A DNA stretch of 63,416 nucleotides, the filler included, from Reticulomyxa filosa (taxonomy: Eukaryota; Protista; Foraminifera): the NCBI GenBank assembly GCA_000512085.1. It is 21 parts of 21 records of this genome, joined end to end, with 100 filler letters (N's around TTAATTAATTAA, not from the genome) between each part and the next. Parts side by side here need not be neighbours in the genome. Positions count along the whole stretch, not along the records: positions 37,592 to 40,988 come from ASPP01048288.1; positions 41,089 to 42,471 come from ASPP01000858.1; positions 42,572 to 45,064 come from ASPP01048090.1; positions 45,165 to 47,721 come from ASPP01009641.1; positions 47,822 to 51,207 come from ASPP01029218.1; positions 51,308 to 53,911 come from ASPP01009959.1; 15 more parts are not named here. One strand, given 5' to 3'. Under the pieces are notes generated by a model. It searched no databases. It was given only the letters and a program-made list of their open reading frames with translations, and was not told where the DNA came from. Positions 38,945-51,640 of the stretch are shown one piece after another. A program made the translations under genes and the position numbers. Numbering within the stretch: position 1 is the first letter of the stretch; every line of letters begins with the position of its first letter.

Positions 38945-40923
38945 TTATTTATGTAATTCCAGATTTTCGCTGTCACTATCATCAATGCCATTGTCTTTGT
39001 CATTGTTTTGACTTTTGCTTTTGCTCCTGCTTTTGCTCCTGCTTTTGCTGTCTTCCAACAAAACAGGGGATATTCCCGATTTGACAACGGAAGGTGTTTC
39101 TCCATTGATAATGGCCATCTCTTCGGCCTCACTGGCGGCCTCGGGAGGTCTATAGTCATTGGTTCTGCTATTTTTTTTTTTGATAAACCAGCACCAGATC
39201 ATGGACGCGATGATAACGCAGCCAAGCACAATGACCACAATGACCCAAACCTGAATGCGCGATTTGGAGCTAGTTTGAAGTTCATTGATGTAAATGCACG
39301 TGTCGGACGAGTTGCATATGTAGCCGCACTCGCACGAGGCAGAAGGGAGGACATGACAGCATTGGGTATCATAATACAGTACCGACGACGAGCAAGCGAA
39401 TGCAGCCTCATTGGCAGTGACACAAGTCAGATCAATCTGTGACAAGCCGGCAGCATACAAATGCATATTCTGACACGACGGTTGAGTGGTTTCGTCTTTG
39501 TGTTCGCATCGAATCTGTGTGGAATGACTTAAGAGTGACGTTGTCTGTGAAGTAGGAGCATATATGGTCAAATTTCCGCAGGCCCAAGACCAGTCATTGC
39601 ACAAGAGATGGACAGTTGCGGCATATTCAAAGTGCCATAGTGCCTTGGCACATGCCCAGTCATGATTGCATGAGATAGTTACACTCATGTTGTTGTTGTT
39701 GTTGTTGTTGTGGACAGTCTGAATGACAGAACCAAAACATGACTGCAATTGATCGCAATGTATATCCAAGCTTTGCATGGGCGCGATCACATTCAAGTAT
39801 TGAAAGGCTCGAGGCGAGGAGGTGGCTAAGAGTGTGACGTGTTGCGTGAGCGAGGCATTGAGTTGCATGTGTTTCAGCCACACACTGGACGAAGTGACAA
39901 TGGTGCTGCCATAGGCCAAGAATGTCCCTACTTGGCCAGTGTGGATTGCAACGAAATTGCAGTTCGTTTCCAGACACACAAACACGCACCCTTGCTCGCT
40001 GGTTCCGTCGCAGCGAACTGTGCGATTGTCATACTTGCGATGGGACTCGCTCACAAACCAATTCATTGCAGGTGCATTGCGCAGCGGTACGTAGCTACTC
40101 GACCATTGCTTTCCACACTCGCTGCAGTCGTACGATGACTGTGCATCATTCGAGATCTTGGTCAATGTGCAGCTGCGATTCAAGTAATTTCCGCAATATA
40201 GCTTGGCATTTTCGCATTGGATTTCCGACGCGCTGCAGCGCAGATCTACCGTGCTCAATCCTCCCATTGTCACCACTCCAATGCCCGTACACGTCTGGTC
40301 GTCTCTTTCGCAATCGACTCGACACAAACTCGCTGTCTTTGACAACGAGGCCACGATCGGACAATACACCAACGCGCTCGTGCACGCACCGGTTGTCGTG
40401 CAATTCAACGTCGTCGACTCGGCCTCTGTCGTGAACAGCTTGACGCTCTGACATGCACTGAGGCTGGTGCAACTCAGTGCAACCGTGGTGCCTCGCGAGG
40501 CCGAAATCGATCCGTTTGCAAACGCTTCCAAATTGGTACTGCGCACGCGGATGGACAGCGACGCGTTTTGCTTCACACGGGCGGACAGTTGGTCCGAAGA
40601 CTGAAATATGTCCGGATAGCCAAAGATGTTCAGATAATTACCGCTTCGCGGTCCTGCCAACAACACTTCAATGTTTCTTACTCTCAAAGTCGACGCATAC
40701 AACTTTGCATTCGCGCAGGACATTTTCTCAAGGCAGCGCAATTGGCAGTATTCTTCCGTGCACTTCAATTCCTTGTCTGCGCACTCAAAGGGTCTAAGCA
40801 GTCATACACGCAGCTGTTGTTGCTGCAAGACATGTGCTTCGTTGTTGGTGGCAACGTTGGACTGGCTGTGTACGTAAAAAAAAAAAAAAAAATTATTTAT
40901 ATGCATATATGTATACGTATACG

Positions 40924-40954
<31 letters not shown>

Positions 40955-40988
40955 AACATGTTGGTGCGTGCAACAGATATTGCTCATG
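38945..40988 (-). CDS. Cys-rich single-pass cell-surface protein (5'-truncated)
   Basis: Repeated C-x4/5-[A/S]C-x2-A-x-[L/V]Y[C/A] units, TM VWVIVVIVLGCVIIASMIWCWFI and a KSRS-rich cytoplasmic tail. Confidence 0.7.
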
Positions 40989-41700
40989 NNNNNNNNNNNN
41001 NNNNNNNNNNNNNNNNNNNNNNNNNNNNNNNNTTAATTAATTAANNNNNNNNNNNNNNNNNNNNNNNNNNNNNNNNNNNNNNNNNNNNCATTTGTTTTCT
41101 CGAATTGAATATTTGTGCACTGATTTTGAAACCATTATGTTGCTAATATTGACCAATTCATTAACTTTGATTTTTGAATTTACGTTTGTGCATGTAGTTA
41201 TTGTTTGTTAAATAGATTTTAGTTACATATTTCATATCTTTCATCTTTTTGGTTGAAACTTGTTAAAAAACAAAATTTTTTTCTAAGTTCCAAGAAATGT
41301 TTGGGCGTGAGCGAACTTTTAGCACGCTATGTTTTCTTTTTTTTTATCTTGTTGCGTCCTTTTTTTAAACTATTTCTGCAAATGCAAAAAATCTAATCCG
41401 TGTTGTTTAATAGATCACAACTTGTGTAATATAAGGTTTTCCCTCGTTTTCTCGAGAACAGATTTAGTTAGTTCTTTAAAACAATGGCGTTCATCAAAGC
41501 TATTCAGGACAGATGCCTTACTTGGCAAATTTGGAAATAGAAAAATGTTGAATTGAATAAAAAGGATAAGAAAATGCAAAGCAAACAAGACAATAGTATC
41601 CATGTGGGTTAATAGTAAAGAGAATTCCTTTATGAAGCCTAAAAAAAAACAGTGACTGAACAATATGAGAAAACCTTGTCATACGTATTTGACTAACTGA

Positions 41701-42046
41701 CTAAGAATGTGACTTGGAAGGGACAGGCGAGACTGAGGGAGATTTGGTTCTCTTTCGAGAACGAGAGCGCTTGGTGTTACTTTTTGCGCTGTGTTTCGAG
41801 AGAGAACGTTTTTTGTCAGTTTGTTTTTTTTCTTTGTCACGAGATCTGTCTTTCGGTCGCGCCTTGCTGTCACTGCGATCGCGATTGCGCGTGTCGCTGT
41901 GTTTGCGCGCGCGACTACGGCTGTTGCTGCGACTGTGTCGATGATTGTAACCACGACTGTGGCTATGGCTAGGATTATTTTTGTCATTGCTATTGCCGTT
42001 TCTCTGATGATCATGATTGTTATTATTATTGTCATTATTATTGTCA

Positions 42047-42089
<43 letters not shown>

Positions 42090-42342
42090 TGTGATTGTGA
42101 TTACGATTGCGACTGCGACTATGACTATGGCTGCGTCCACGACTGCGACTCGCACGACTTCGACTGCGACTATGAGTACGGCTGCGACTCGCGCGACTGC
42201 GACTACGACTACGACTGTGACTACGAGGAGTATGACTTCGATTACGATTGCGGTTGCGAGTTTGACTTTTCGTTCGAGAGCGACTTCGTCGCTTGCGATT
42301 GTATTCCCTTTCCTGTTCATTGCGTAATGATTTCCGGTTCAT
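41701..42342 (-). CDS. RS-domain (SR-rich) protein, C-terminal exon
   Basis: RSRSRS dipeptide repeats with a poly-Asn insert and a C-terminal SPSVSP. Confidence 0.7.
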
Positions 42343-43369
42343 TTATTTTGTAAATGTATATATATGTACATATATGTATATATGTATATGTATTACATTT
42401 GGAATACATACGCATACACAAAGATACAAAAGCCCAAAGTCCTAAAAAAAAAAAAAAAAAAAAAAAAAAATNNNNNNNNNNNNNNNNNNNNNNNNNNNNN
42501 NNNNNNNNNNNNNNNTTAATTAATTAANNNNNNNNNNNNNNNNNNNNNNNNNNNNNNNNNNNNNNNNNNNNTAAAAACATTTAAACTTGTGGGCCTATAT
42601 AAAAACGCATTCCATTATGTTGATGATTTTTGTGATATTGTTATCGTGATATATATATGATTAATACTAAAAAAAAATTTTGATAGTTGAAGCAATATCT
42701 TTTGATTTCTTATAGAACAAGACGTCCTGAATCCAAATCTGAAATCGGGAAGTTTCTACCATGAATAGATAGTGAGCATTGATCAATTTGCGGTTAACTT
42801 ATAAAGTTTGTTTTGTTGATGGTATTGTGGTGTTTTTAAAAGTTTTTTTTTGTGTCACGATAATATTGGCGAAATAACGTTGCATTGCATAAAGGACATC
42901 ATATTTTTTTTTATGAAACAAGAAAACGCTTGAATAGGGAAATGCCTTATCGTTCTTGGTTGGTGTTATATTAATTAATTTTAGGGACTATTCTACGCAT
43001 AAAGAAACAGTATTTTTGCAAAAAAAAAGTGTTTCCATTATGAAGAAGCGTCGTAATTAGCAAATGATAAGAGTAAATAGGGTTTTAACCCAAGCCACAT
43101 TGTGTTGAGGCTAACGTTGCCTATACTCAAATGTAAGAATGACTTACTTCATAAAACTGTTACGATTTTCAATTTGTCTTTTTTGTATATGAAGTACGAC
43201 ACCAAGACGTCCCCTCCTTCACCAATATATTTTGCCACTATGGACTTCAGAGTTTGTACTTTTGGGGCGTAGTGCAATTAAGTATCCTTTTGTTCAACTG
43301 ACCCCAGGGAATTTTTTCAAATAAAAGGGTCAGTTCATTGTCGCTTTCGTGTAGTTAAATACGATTAAC

Positions 43370-44380
43370 AGATAATTATGCATACATTGACAATAATAAC
43401 AGTAATGCATATGATTGTTGTCAACGTGGTAATCGATTTGTTAGGGAAGAAAGACAAAGAGAACCAAATAGAGGAAGGAGGAGACCAAAAGGTGGATGAA
43501 TTAGAAATAAATGTAAATGATGCTCCAATTGTGAGGAAACACTGTTTGGGAAAAATATTTCAGTGGTGATAGTATTGCAAAATATATTAAAAAGGGCTGA
43601 TTACGTTGCGCAAAAAATTATATTTGATATTCTTTCATGGCAACCAAATATTGTTAATGTTGATAATTAACAATTTCAATAACAATTTGAAACACATGTT
43701 CAACAATTATCTATCAATTACAAGTTATTAATGAAGAGGTGGAAATTGTTCAATTTATTGCAAATATAGTTGATGATATGAACCCAATATTTAGAAATTT
43801 AAAGTTACGACTGTTTCGAATTATTGAAACATCAAAGAATAATGAAGCTGCTAGTGTTGCAGCAGCAAATGCAATCGCAATAATCACTTCAGCAAATGTT
43901 AATATGCACAACCAAAATTGGAAAAATATAAAAATTTCGTATGCAGTTCTAGACCATGCATTCCTCGAAGGAACTGACCTTACTAATGCCAATTTAGATC
44001 ATGTCCGTTTTATTTAAAATTGTTTAAATAAAGTCAACGTTGCAAACGCATCAATGAATGGAATTTATTTTGGCGAGTATGCTTATTTTGAAGGACATAC
44101 AAGTAAGTGAATGGAATTCAATTTTCACCGGATGGCTCTAAAATTGTGCCATATTCTTTTGCAATACAATTCGGTTTTGGGATGTATGTCTGGAAAACAA
44201 CTACAAGTATTAAAAGGACATTCAGAGCGTATAAACGCTGTACAGTTTTCACCAGATAATTCGAAAATTCTTTCATGTGCAATGGACAAAACCATCAGAA
44301 TATGGGATATTTTATCAGGAAAACAAATTCAATTATTGAGTAGGCATTTTGGAGGTGTAACAAATGCAACATTTTCACAA
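43370..44380 (+). pseudogene. Internally deleted pseudogene paralog of the NACHT-pentapeptide-WD40 gene
   Basis: EKYFSGDSIAKY, QKIIFDILSWQPN, RLFRIIETSKNN..SVAAANA, LDHAFLEGTDL, FGEYAYFEGH and WD40s are collinear with 16650-17500. It has stops and frameshifts and lacks the P-loop region. Confidence 0.88.
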
Positions 44381-45064
44381 GAAGAACAATTTTTGATCAT
44401 CCTTTGTCTATTTTTATTTGCAAATGTATATGTAATAGCATAATTCATATCTTTGATCATATAATTGAGAGAAATTTGATGATTATCATCTTCATTTAAT
44501 TGCTCACAAAATAATTTTGTAAATATGGATCCAGTGTTCCCAGTGGTGTCATTATTAACTAAATTTGTGGTAATAAAATAAATATTTGATCCTGAAAGTG
44601 TATTCCATGATGGAAAATCATTATTTTTCATCTCGCTCGATATTTAGATTCAATACAATTTTGAATGATACTTTAGGTCTTTTTGTATATCTTGTCGAAA
44701 TAATAATATCTTTATAATATCATTCCAATGTTTTTGTTTACAATCACTAGTTATGAAAGTACCTGTTTGATCATTTCCATAACCACACTAAACAAAATCA
44801 AACTATCATATTCTAAAGTAGTTAACTTTTTGCCACTTGTTTCATATCTTATTGCTTCTGCTAACAACACCAATGGATTCATCATTATATGATTTCGTTG
44901 GATATTTAATTGATCATTTCTTGTTATATACTTTTTTTGTTTAATTCGTGCGTTGAAATGCACAAATTCACTTTTAAATACACGTTCGATATCTTCGTCC
45001 TTTTCAACTTTCATATTATTTTATCTGTAATTTCAAACTCGTGCTCTTGATCATCTTCGCTTTC
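44381..45064 (-). pseudogene. Decayed gene with a possible caspase-like (C14-fold) domain
   Basis: MMNPLVLLAEAIRYE...EYDSLILF/CGYGNDQTGTFITSD resembles the caspase D....+..GHG.....+.SD segment with Tyr in place of His. Frameshifted. Confidence 0.35.
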
Positions 45065-45919
45065 NNNNNNNNNNNNNNNNNNNNNNNNNNNNNNNNNNNN
45101 NNNNNNNNTTAATTAATTAANNNNNNNNNNNNNNNNNNNNNNNNNNNNNNNNNNNNNNNNNNNNCGTTTGAACTGTCTCCAGCCACATATTTTGCACTTA
45201 GCACGACCAAAACTACAAGTAAGACTTGAAGTGTTATCAATATATTCTCATACACCAGTGACAAGTCCATACTGCCGTTTAGAGAGACAAGTTTCCACTA
45301 AATCGTTTCTCCTCGGTTTGCCCCCTCTTTTACCGGGCACTCTGAAATGGAAATACGTCAAATGATAAAACAAAAAAAGTTTTAGAAAATGATTTCAGAA
45401 TCAAAAGCAGCAATTAATTTTCTTTTTTTAAAAAAAGTTACGTTCTTTGTGAATATACTTGCACAAATTCAAAATAAAAACGAAGTCAATAATAGTCCTT
45501 CTCCTCCAAAGAAAAATCACAAACAAAATTGTGCTAATTGCTCAACTGAATATTTTTGCTAATAAATTGCCTCGTCTGCTTATCAACTTAATTTTTTAAA
45601 GGTGCAAACAACAAAAAGCAAGAGGCAGTTAAGGTTAGTGAGAATAAAGATCGCAATAATTACAAAAAAAATTGTCATATCAAAAAAAAAGGTCCAACCA
45701 ACAAAAAACCAAATATCACAATTTTGATTGACCGAATGCTTGTTTTTTTGCTTTCCAAGACAAGTTAGTTGTCAGTCTTGCTTTTCGCAGCAAAGTCTTT
45801 TTTTTACTCTATTTTTTTTAAACACATGCCAAAAAAAAACCTGACAAATTTGTAGGTTACCTTTCCAAAAAAAAAAATCTCAACTCCAATAACAGTTTCT
45901 TTCTTTTTTTTTCCATTGA

Positions 45920-47686
45920 TCACTGCACCAGGTATACTTCAACCTCTTCGACCCGAAACCTTTCTCTGCCTGACAAAAAGCCTGCCTCTTCGGGGCCACT
46001 ATAACTCTCAGGCTTGCAATGATTATCGTCTCTCGTATTGCAATTGTCGTACAACAGAATATCATTACCACTTCCTAAGGAGCAACATTCCCCCGTCATT
46101 TGTGAGTTTGTGTATACGTAAGAATACATACGTACGTTTTTTTTTTGTTTTTTTTTGGTAATAGAAAACATGCATACACATAATAAAAAAAAAAATACAT
46201 AAAATCAATGAGGAGGAAGATATATCGAACCAAATATTGGCCCATAAAGGGCATTGTGTCCAACTGCATGATTTTCCCCTTCAGGTCGAACTCTCCATTT
46301 TTTAGGTGAATAGCCTTTGGTATTCCTCAATAAAAAAACAAAGGCTCTGGCATCCTTTTTCCAGGCTCCATGGCTTGCCCACGGTACCTCAGTGTATCCC
46401 CCAAAAACATGACCATATTTTTCGGATAGCACGAGAAGCAAGGTCGGCCCTTTTCCATCACATTTGCTATGAAAGTTTCTAGCTTTGAACCCATGACGAC
46501 TTGCACGATATAGCAATGACACTTTGGTCAAGCGCTCTGGAATGAATGACAATAGAGCCGCTTCCTCTTCCGTCGTCAATATTGACGAATGAAATTTGAT
46601 TGGTGGGATGGTTTTAAATGCTACCGTTTCAGAGTATGGAGTGTACCACGTGCATTTCCTATCGCATGCTCGCATGCGAATCAGGTACGTTTCATTCCAC
46701 TCCATTTCATACTCTTTTTCATCGCCAATGGTAACACGTCCGTTATAACTTTGTTTTTTGATACCCCCTTCAATTGCAACTTTCTTCGCCAGTTTCCAGT
46801 CCAAAAATTCGAGACGCCCTCTTGTCAATTCTTGTACTCCCTCCAAACTTTCTGGCTGGCTCCATGTCTGCTTGGTCATCTCCACATCAACCATGCACGT
46901 GTCGTCACGACACTCTCTTGAAAAAGCATTCATGCTCCATTTCACCTCTACGTATGGCTTATCATCCACGTCATTGATTTCTGCTTCGGTGATGTTAATG
47001 GCTCCGTTTTGCCTGATCATCATATTCTGCTTCAGCAAAGTATAAAGTACAGTCTGAACATCCTCCGTCATTTGCACTTGGATATTAATATCCATCGGAT
47101 CATTCTCTGCGGCACTCCAATCCATTTCTAGCGCAATACCACCTTCATACGTTAGATTGGATTCACTCAGCAGACTTCCCAACTTGGCTCTCCGCTGACT
47201 AATATCCAATTCTGATTCGCTGAGACAGTGATTGATTTCAGTCGATTTTTGCTTGAAAATTTCCATTATATTTTGCAGCTGGCTTATTTGTTCATCCAAA
47301 CACACTCTTTTTTTTTCATGGAGTGACTCTATGTTTTCAATGGTTTGCTTCTCAAGCTCGACGATACCTTCCACCACTTTTTTATAAATCTGAGTGACTC
47401 GTTCTTTGCACAGTTTGGTATTGTCCTCCAACTGTTTCATCTGCTGTTGCAATCTTTCAATCCGCTCCAACACTTTTTTAGAGGTACCTTCGATCTTTGT
47501 AATTTTGTCATGCTCTTCCACACTCAATAATATCACCTGTCCACCACTTGCACTGACTCTATCATTTAGTTTCATTTGAAATTCTTTGTACACGCATGAG
47601 TCAGGTAGGTCTCGTAATACCTTCAACAAATCAGCTTGCACCATCCATCCGATTTGCGCTTCTTTGCACATTACCCTTTTTTTTCC

Positions 47687-47721
<35 letters not shown>
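45920..47721 (-). CDS. Coiled-coil, FN3-like and TLDc domain protein (5'-truncated, one 3' intron)
   Basis: TLDc motifs LLYRASRHGF, FHSKCDGKGPTL, VFGGYT, AFVF, GPIFG|GSGNDI and F.VEEVEVY. Upstream are an FN3-like ETYLIRMRA..W.PYSE segment and a coiled coil. Confidence 0.88.
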
Positions 47722-50469
47722 NNNNNNNNNNNNNNNNNNNNNNNNNNNNNNNNNNNNNNNNNNNNTTAATTAATTAANNNNNNNNNNNNNNNNNNNNNNN
47801 NNNNNNNNNNNNNNNNNNNNNAAAATAATATTATAATCATAATAAATCCAATTAATATTATTTCAATAAACATACTTTCTTTTGCTCGTTTTTTTAAATC
47901 CTTTTTATTCACTTCTTGCAATGGTCTCTGTGACTGCGTTTGCACGATTAAATTGCTCTAAGATTTTGTTTCGAGTGTTATTTCATTATTTGTACCCTTT
48001 GCGTTGCCTTGGCAAAAAACAGACAAATCCAAAGTCATTTGAATCTGTTTTAGGATTTAATACAATGTTCACTTGCATTGTTTCTATATATTTTATTATG
48101 CTACCCAAGCAAGGCCTGTTAACATCTTCTAAGCCTCGTGTTCCATAAACAATCGTGTGGACATTTATTTTGCAAAATGTATCAATTCTTCTTCAATATT
48201 TTTTGGATTTACACGACTTCATGCTTTAACTAGCAACGCATGTAACTATTGTTTTTTTTTACATAATAAATATTACCATCATTAATCTTTATTTATTCAT
48301 TATTAACAAAAAAAACTAAACATTTGAATGGTCTCTTAAAATTAGCTCTTTCAAACGTGTCTTGTAATATATTGTGCTTCGATTTTGTAATATCCACTTC
48401 TGAATGAACTATTTCAGCATCTAATTCTTTGAATAACTTTTCAACCATTACTTCTTCCCGAATTTTTTTTTTTTAAACAATAAAGTCTTCCTTTTTGGTC
48501 AAATTGTCATAAACCCATTTGGCTGCTTTTTCACTGTATTTTGCTTCATCAAATGCGATTATTATTGTTCGTCTTCATGTGCAGACACTTCTTTTACAAC
48601 CTCTTTTACATTCATTGGAATCTTTATCAAGTACAACTCTTCTGCTTCCACAGGCTGTTTTCCATCATTTTCTGTGGAATTGCTCATGTTTTTATTGATT
48701 TTATTACTGCAATAAATTAAAAAACTATCTTTAAAAAAGAAGGACCTATTTAATCAAAAGTATTTACATACTTCTCCTTGATTGCATTTCCATGTTTATT
48801 TAATCACGGGATATATCGGCTATTTTCTACAAAAATGGCACACCAAAATTTTCATATTAATGAATAGTACTGGTATTTTGTTGAAATGTGTGATTTTTGT
48901 TTTTAAAAATAAACAAGTTTTTATTTGGCAAACAGAAAATTGTTTTTTTGGTTTAATTATAGCAATTAAACTAGTTTTCACATTTTGAGTCATTTGAACA
49001 TCTTTTATGTTGTCTAATTCCTGCTTTTCAACAGAATTTTAGTGTTAATTATACTTTTGAATTTGACACTGGTATTAGACATTATTTTTTCTTTTTTTTA
49101 ACAAATAAAAATCATATCAATTTAAAGGACGCCAAAGGGATTCAGTTTCATTTTTATTTTTTATGTATAATGTCTTTGATTTGTAACGAGTTTAAAAGGG
49201 TATAAGTCCCTTCACAGCTAATGAATCTAATCCAGTTTTTTGGTCTTTTTTTAGTGAAGATTCTCGGTGCTTTTTTCTTTTGTTGTCGTGACAAAATAAT
49301 AAGTCTTTAATTCTTGTGCTAACAAGGAAATGAAAGAGATAAATCGAGCAAAATTTACGAATAAGAAAGTGTCTGCAAGACCGACAATTTTTGTTAAAGA
49401 GATCAGTGGCAATGTTGAAAAAGCAATTTCAACAATGTTTGCAAATGTGAAGTGAAAGGAAGAAAATGGTTGTTAGAGACTGTAAATATGACTGAAGTCT
49501 GGAAACTGGATGACCTTTACATAACCAAATATGGCTGCTATAGCAACAATTACGAACTACATTTCAAAAGAGAATTTTATTATTTTTGCGTTTTGAAAAT
49601 AAAAAAATAAGTTGTGATTATTTTTTATATTGTATGTAACATAACAGATAAAAGTATAACGTCGATTTGCCTTTTCAAAAAAAAATTATATTGGCAAAGT
49701 TAAGATTTATTTTTTATTTATTTATACATGTGTGTGGGTAACTGCAAAAAAAAATGTATTGCAATTATTCAATACAAAAAGCATTAAATGAATATTTATT
49801 TTATTGGTGATGAAGATTGACTAAAAATCATATGTAGTTACATTTAGCTAAAATATTTACTGGTATTGCACAAATACGTTTACATCCAGAAAATAAATCA
49901 ATTATTTAGGTGTGGTATCAAGAGAAGCAGATGAGGTTATGTTTTAAACAAGATTGATTGAAACGTCAAATGAGATTTATATTGGCATCATTATTATAAG
50001 AAGTCGTATCCATATTTGTATTATTAGCTATACAAATTTGTATATAATAATTTTAATATTATCTATTAAAAATATTAGCTAATCGTGTATTCAAAATGAA
50101 AGTTATATGAATAATTCATTAATACACAAATAGAAAGATTTGTATTAGTATTTTGTTGTGATAAACATTTGATTATAATAATGCAATATCAAGCATTTTT
50201 GTGTAGATGTTTTAATGAATTTAATGGATGATAAGAATAAATATTAACTATACAAATTGATTTATGTGAAAATTTTGCAGAAATTAATTTAAGTGCAAGT
50301 CTCATAGTAAAATTAAATCTTGATATGTATATTATTATAACTACAAATCACCAGATAATTAAAACAATTATTTAATCGTATTTTTAATTGTACTGTCATC
50401 TGAAAATTGTTTTATCATTTGAATTACGTAATAGTCAATTATCAAACAAAGTCATTATGAAAAGTGCTG

Positions 50470-50735
50470 GTCATTTAAACAAAATGAAATTAATTAATAA
50501 ATGGATTGCGTGCGTGTTCAGTGAAATTTGCGTCAGTATGTTCGCCTTTTCTAGTATCCAAAATTTTGCGGACCTGCTAACAAACAATGGATGATTCTTT
50601 TGATTCAAGTTCACACACATGATACCACTTGTGTAATCAGCGTACACGCTTTTTAGAGTTCTGTTTTCGATGTCCCACAATACCATGTTCAGTCTCCACT
50701 GGACCTAATAATCTCTGAGTTGATTTCATCTTCAT
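50470..50735 (-). pseudogene. G-protein beta-like WD40 remnant
   Basis: EIIRSSGD/NMVLWDIENRTLKSVY...IMCVNL...LFVS..SAKFW resembles G-beta IVTSSGD..CALWDIE...LFVSG.CD.SAKLW. Frameshifted. Confidence 0.5.
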
Positions 50736-51590
50736 TGATCTCGTCAATTGCTTCGTTTAACACTTGTGTTGCTTTTTGTTTACAAACAATCAAATTTGGC
50801 CAAAGCTGAATTTTACTAAATGCAAAAAAATTGCGCAAATATATAATATTTCTTAATTAAGATCGTTGAAAGAATAAATTTGATGTGGATTTTTTTGTTG
50901 TAGATTTTGTGTTGTTTAAGAATTGTACAAAAATATTTTTATGGTGTTTCAATTAGTAAAAATTTGGTCGCTTTTTACGTTGAAAAAATTAAAAAGATTA
51001 TATGAATCAGGAAAAAAACTGCATTTTATCTTAGAAAAAAACAAAACAAAAAATTGTTGAAACGCACAAGTCGTACAGATTGCTTGTAGATTATTGATTG
51101 ATCTGCAAAAGAGGGATTGTGTTGACTATTTGCCGTTCGTATGTTGTCAATGATGACGAACAACGAAACATCTTGACAATTTTTAGGCTTAATCTGACTG
51201 TACCTTGNNNNNNNNNNNNNNNNNNNNNNNNNNNNNNNNNNNNNNNNNNNNTTAATTAATTAANNNNNNNNNNNNNNNNNNNNNNNNNNNNNNNNNNNNN
51301 NNNNNNNTTGGTACGCGAGCCATGGCAGGTACCGGCCTCGCTGACCTACGGTAACGACGAACTGATTCCGCTGCGGGCAGGGGGAGTATGTGCAATGGCG
51401 ATGCGTGCCATGAGTAATGCTCATGTGACTAGTCCAAAATTGCTTATCTGAAAGGAATAAAGTGCAGGAAATGCTACGCTTGCTCAGCAATGTAACCGCG
51501 AAGTGAGGAATCGGGGCTTGTAGTAGCCATGTGTGCTGTGCATAATTGCCTCGCCTTTGCGTACTGTATACACACAGTTTGTTTTTCTCG

Positions 51591-51640
51591 GGAGGCCCGC
51601 ATCAAGACGGGCCTTCTCTGTTCAAGGAGAGCAGGAGAAT
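51591..51640 (+). promoter_or_regulatory. oppA leader hairpin and Shine-Dalgarno
   Basis: ggaggcccg / cgggccttc inverted repeat at 51591-51616. AGGAG lies 3 nt before the ATG at 51641, with another AAGGAG upstream. Confidence 0.55.

Noticed and set aside
41679-42327. Hydrophobic Ile/Val/Ala-rich ORFs on both strands
   Set aside because: Alternate frames of the RS and poly-Asn repeats.
47822-50460. Degenerate coding-like stretches in contig 17
   Set aside because: Probably pseudogene debris, but too decayed to assign a family.
51533-51640. Longer 574-aa start for oppA
   Set aside because: The Shine-Dalgarno site and signal peptide place the start at ATG 51641.
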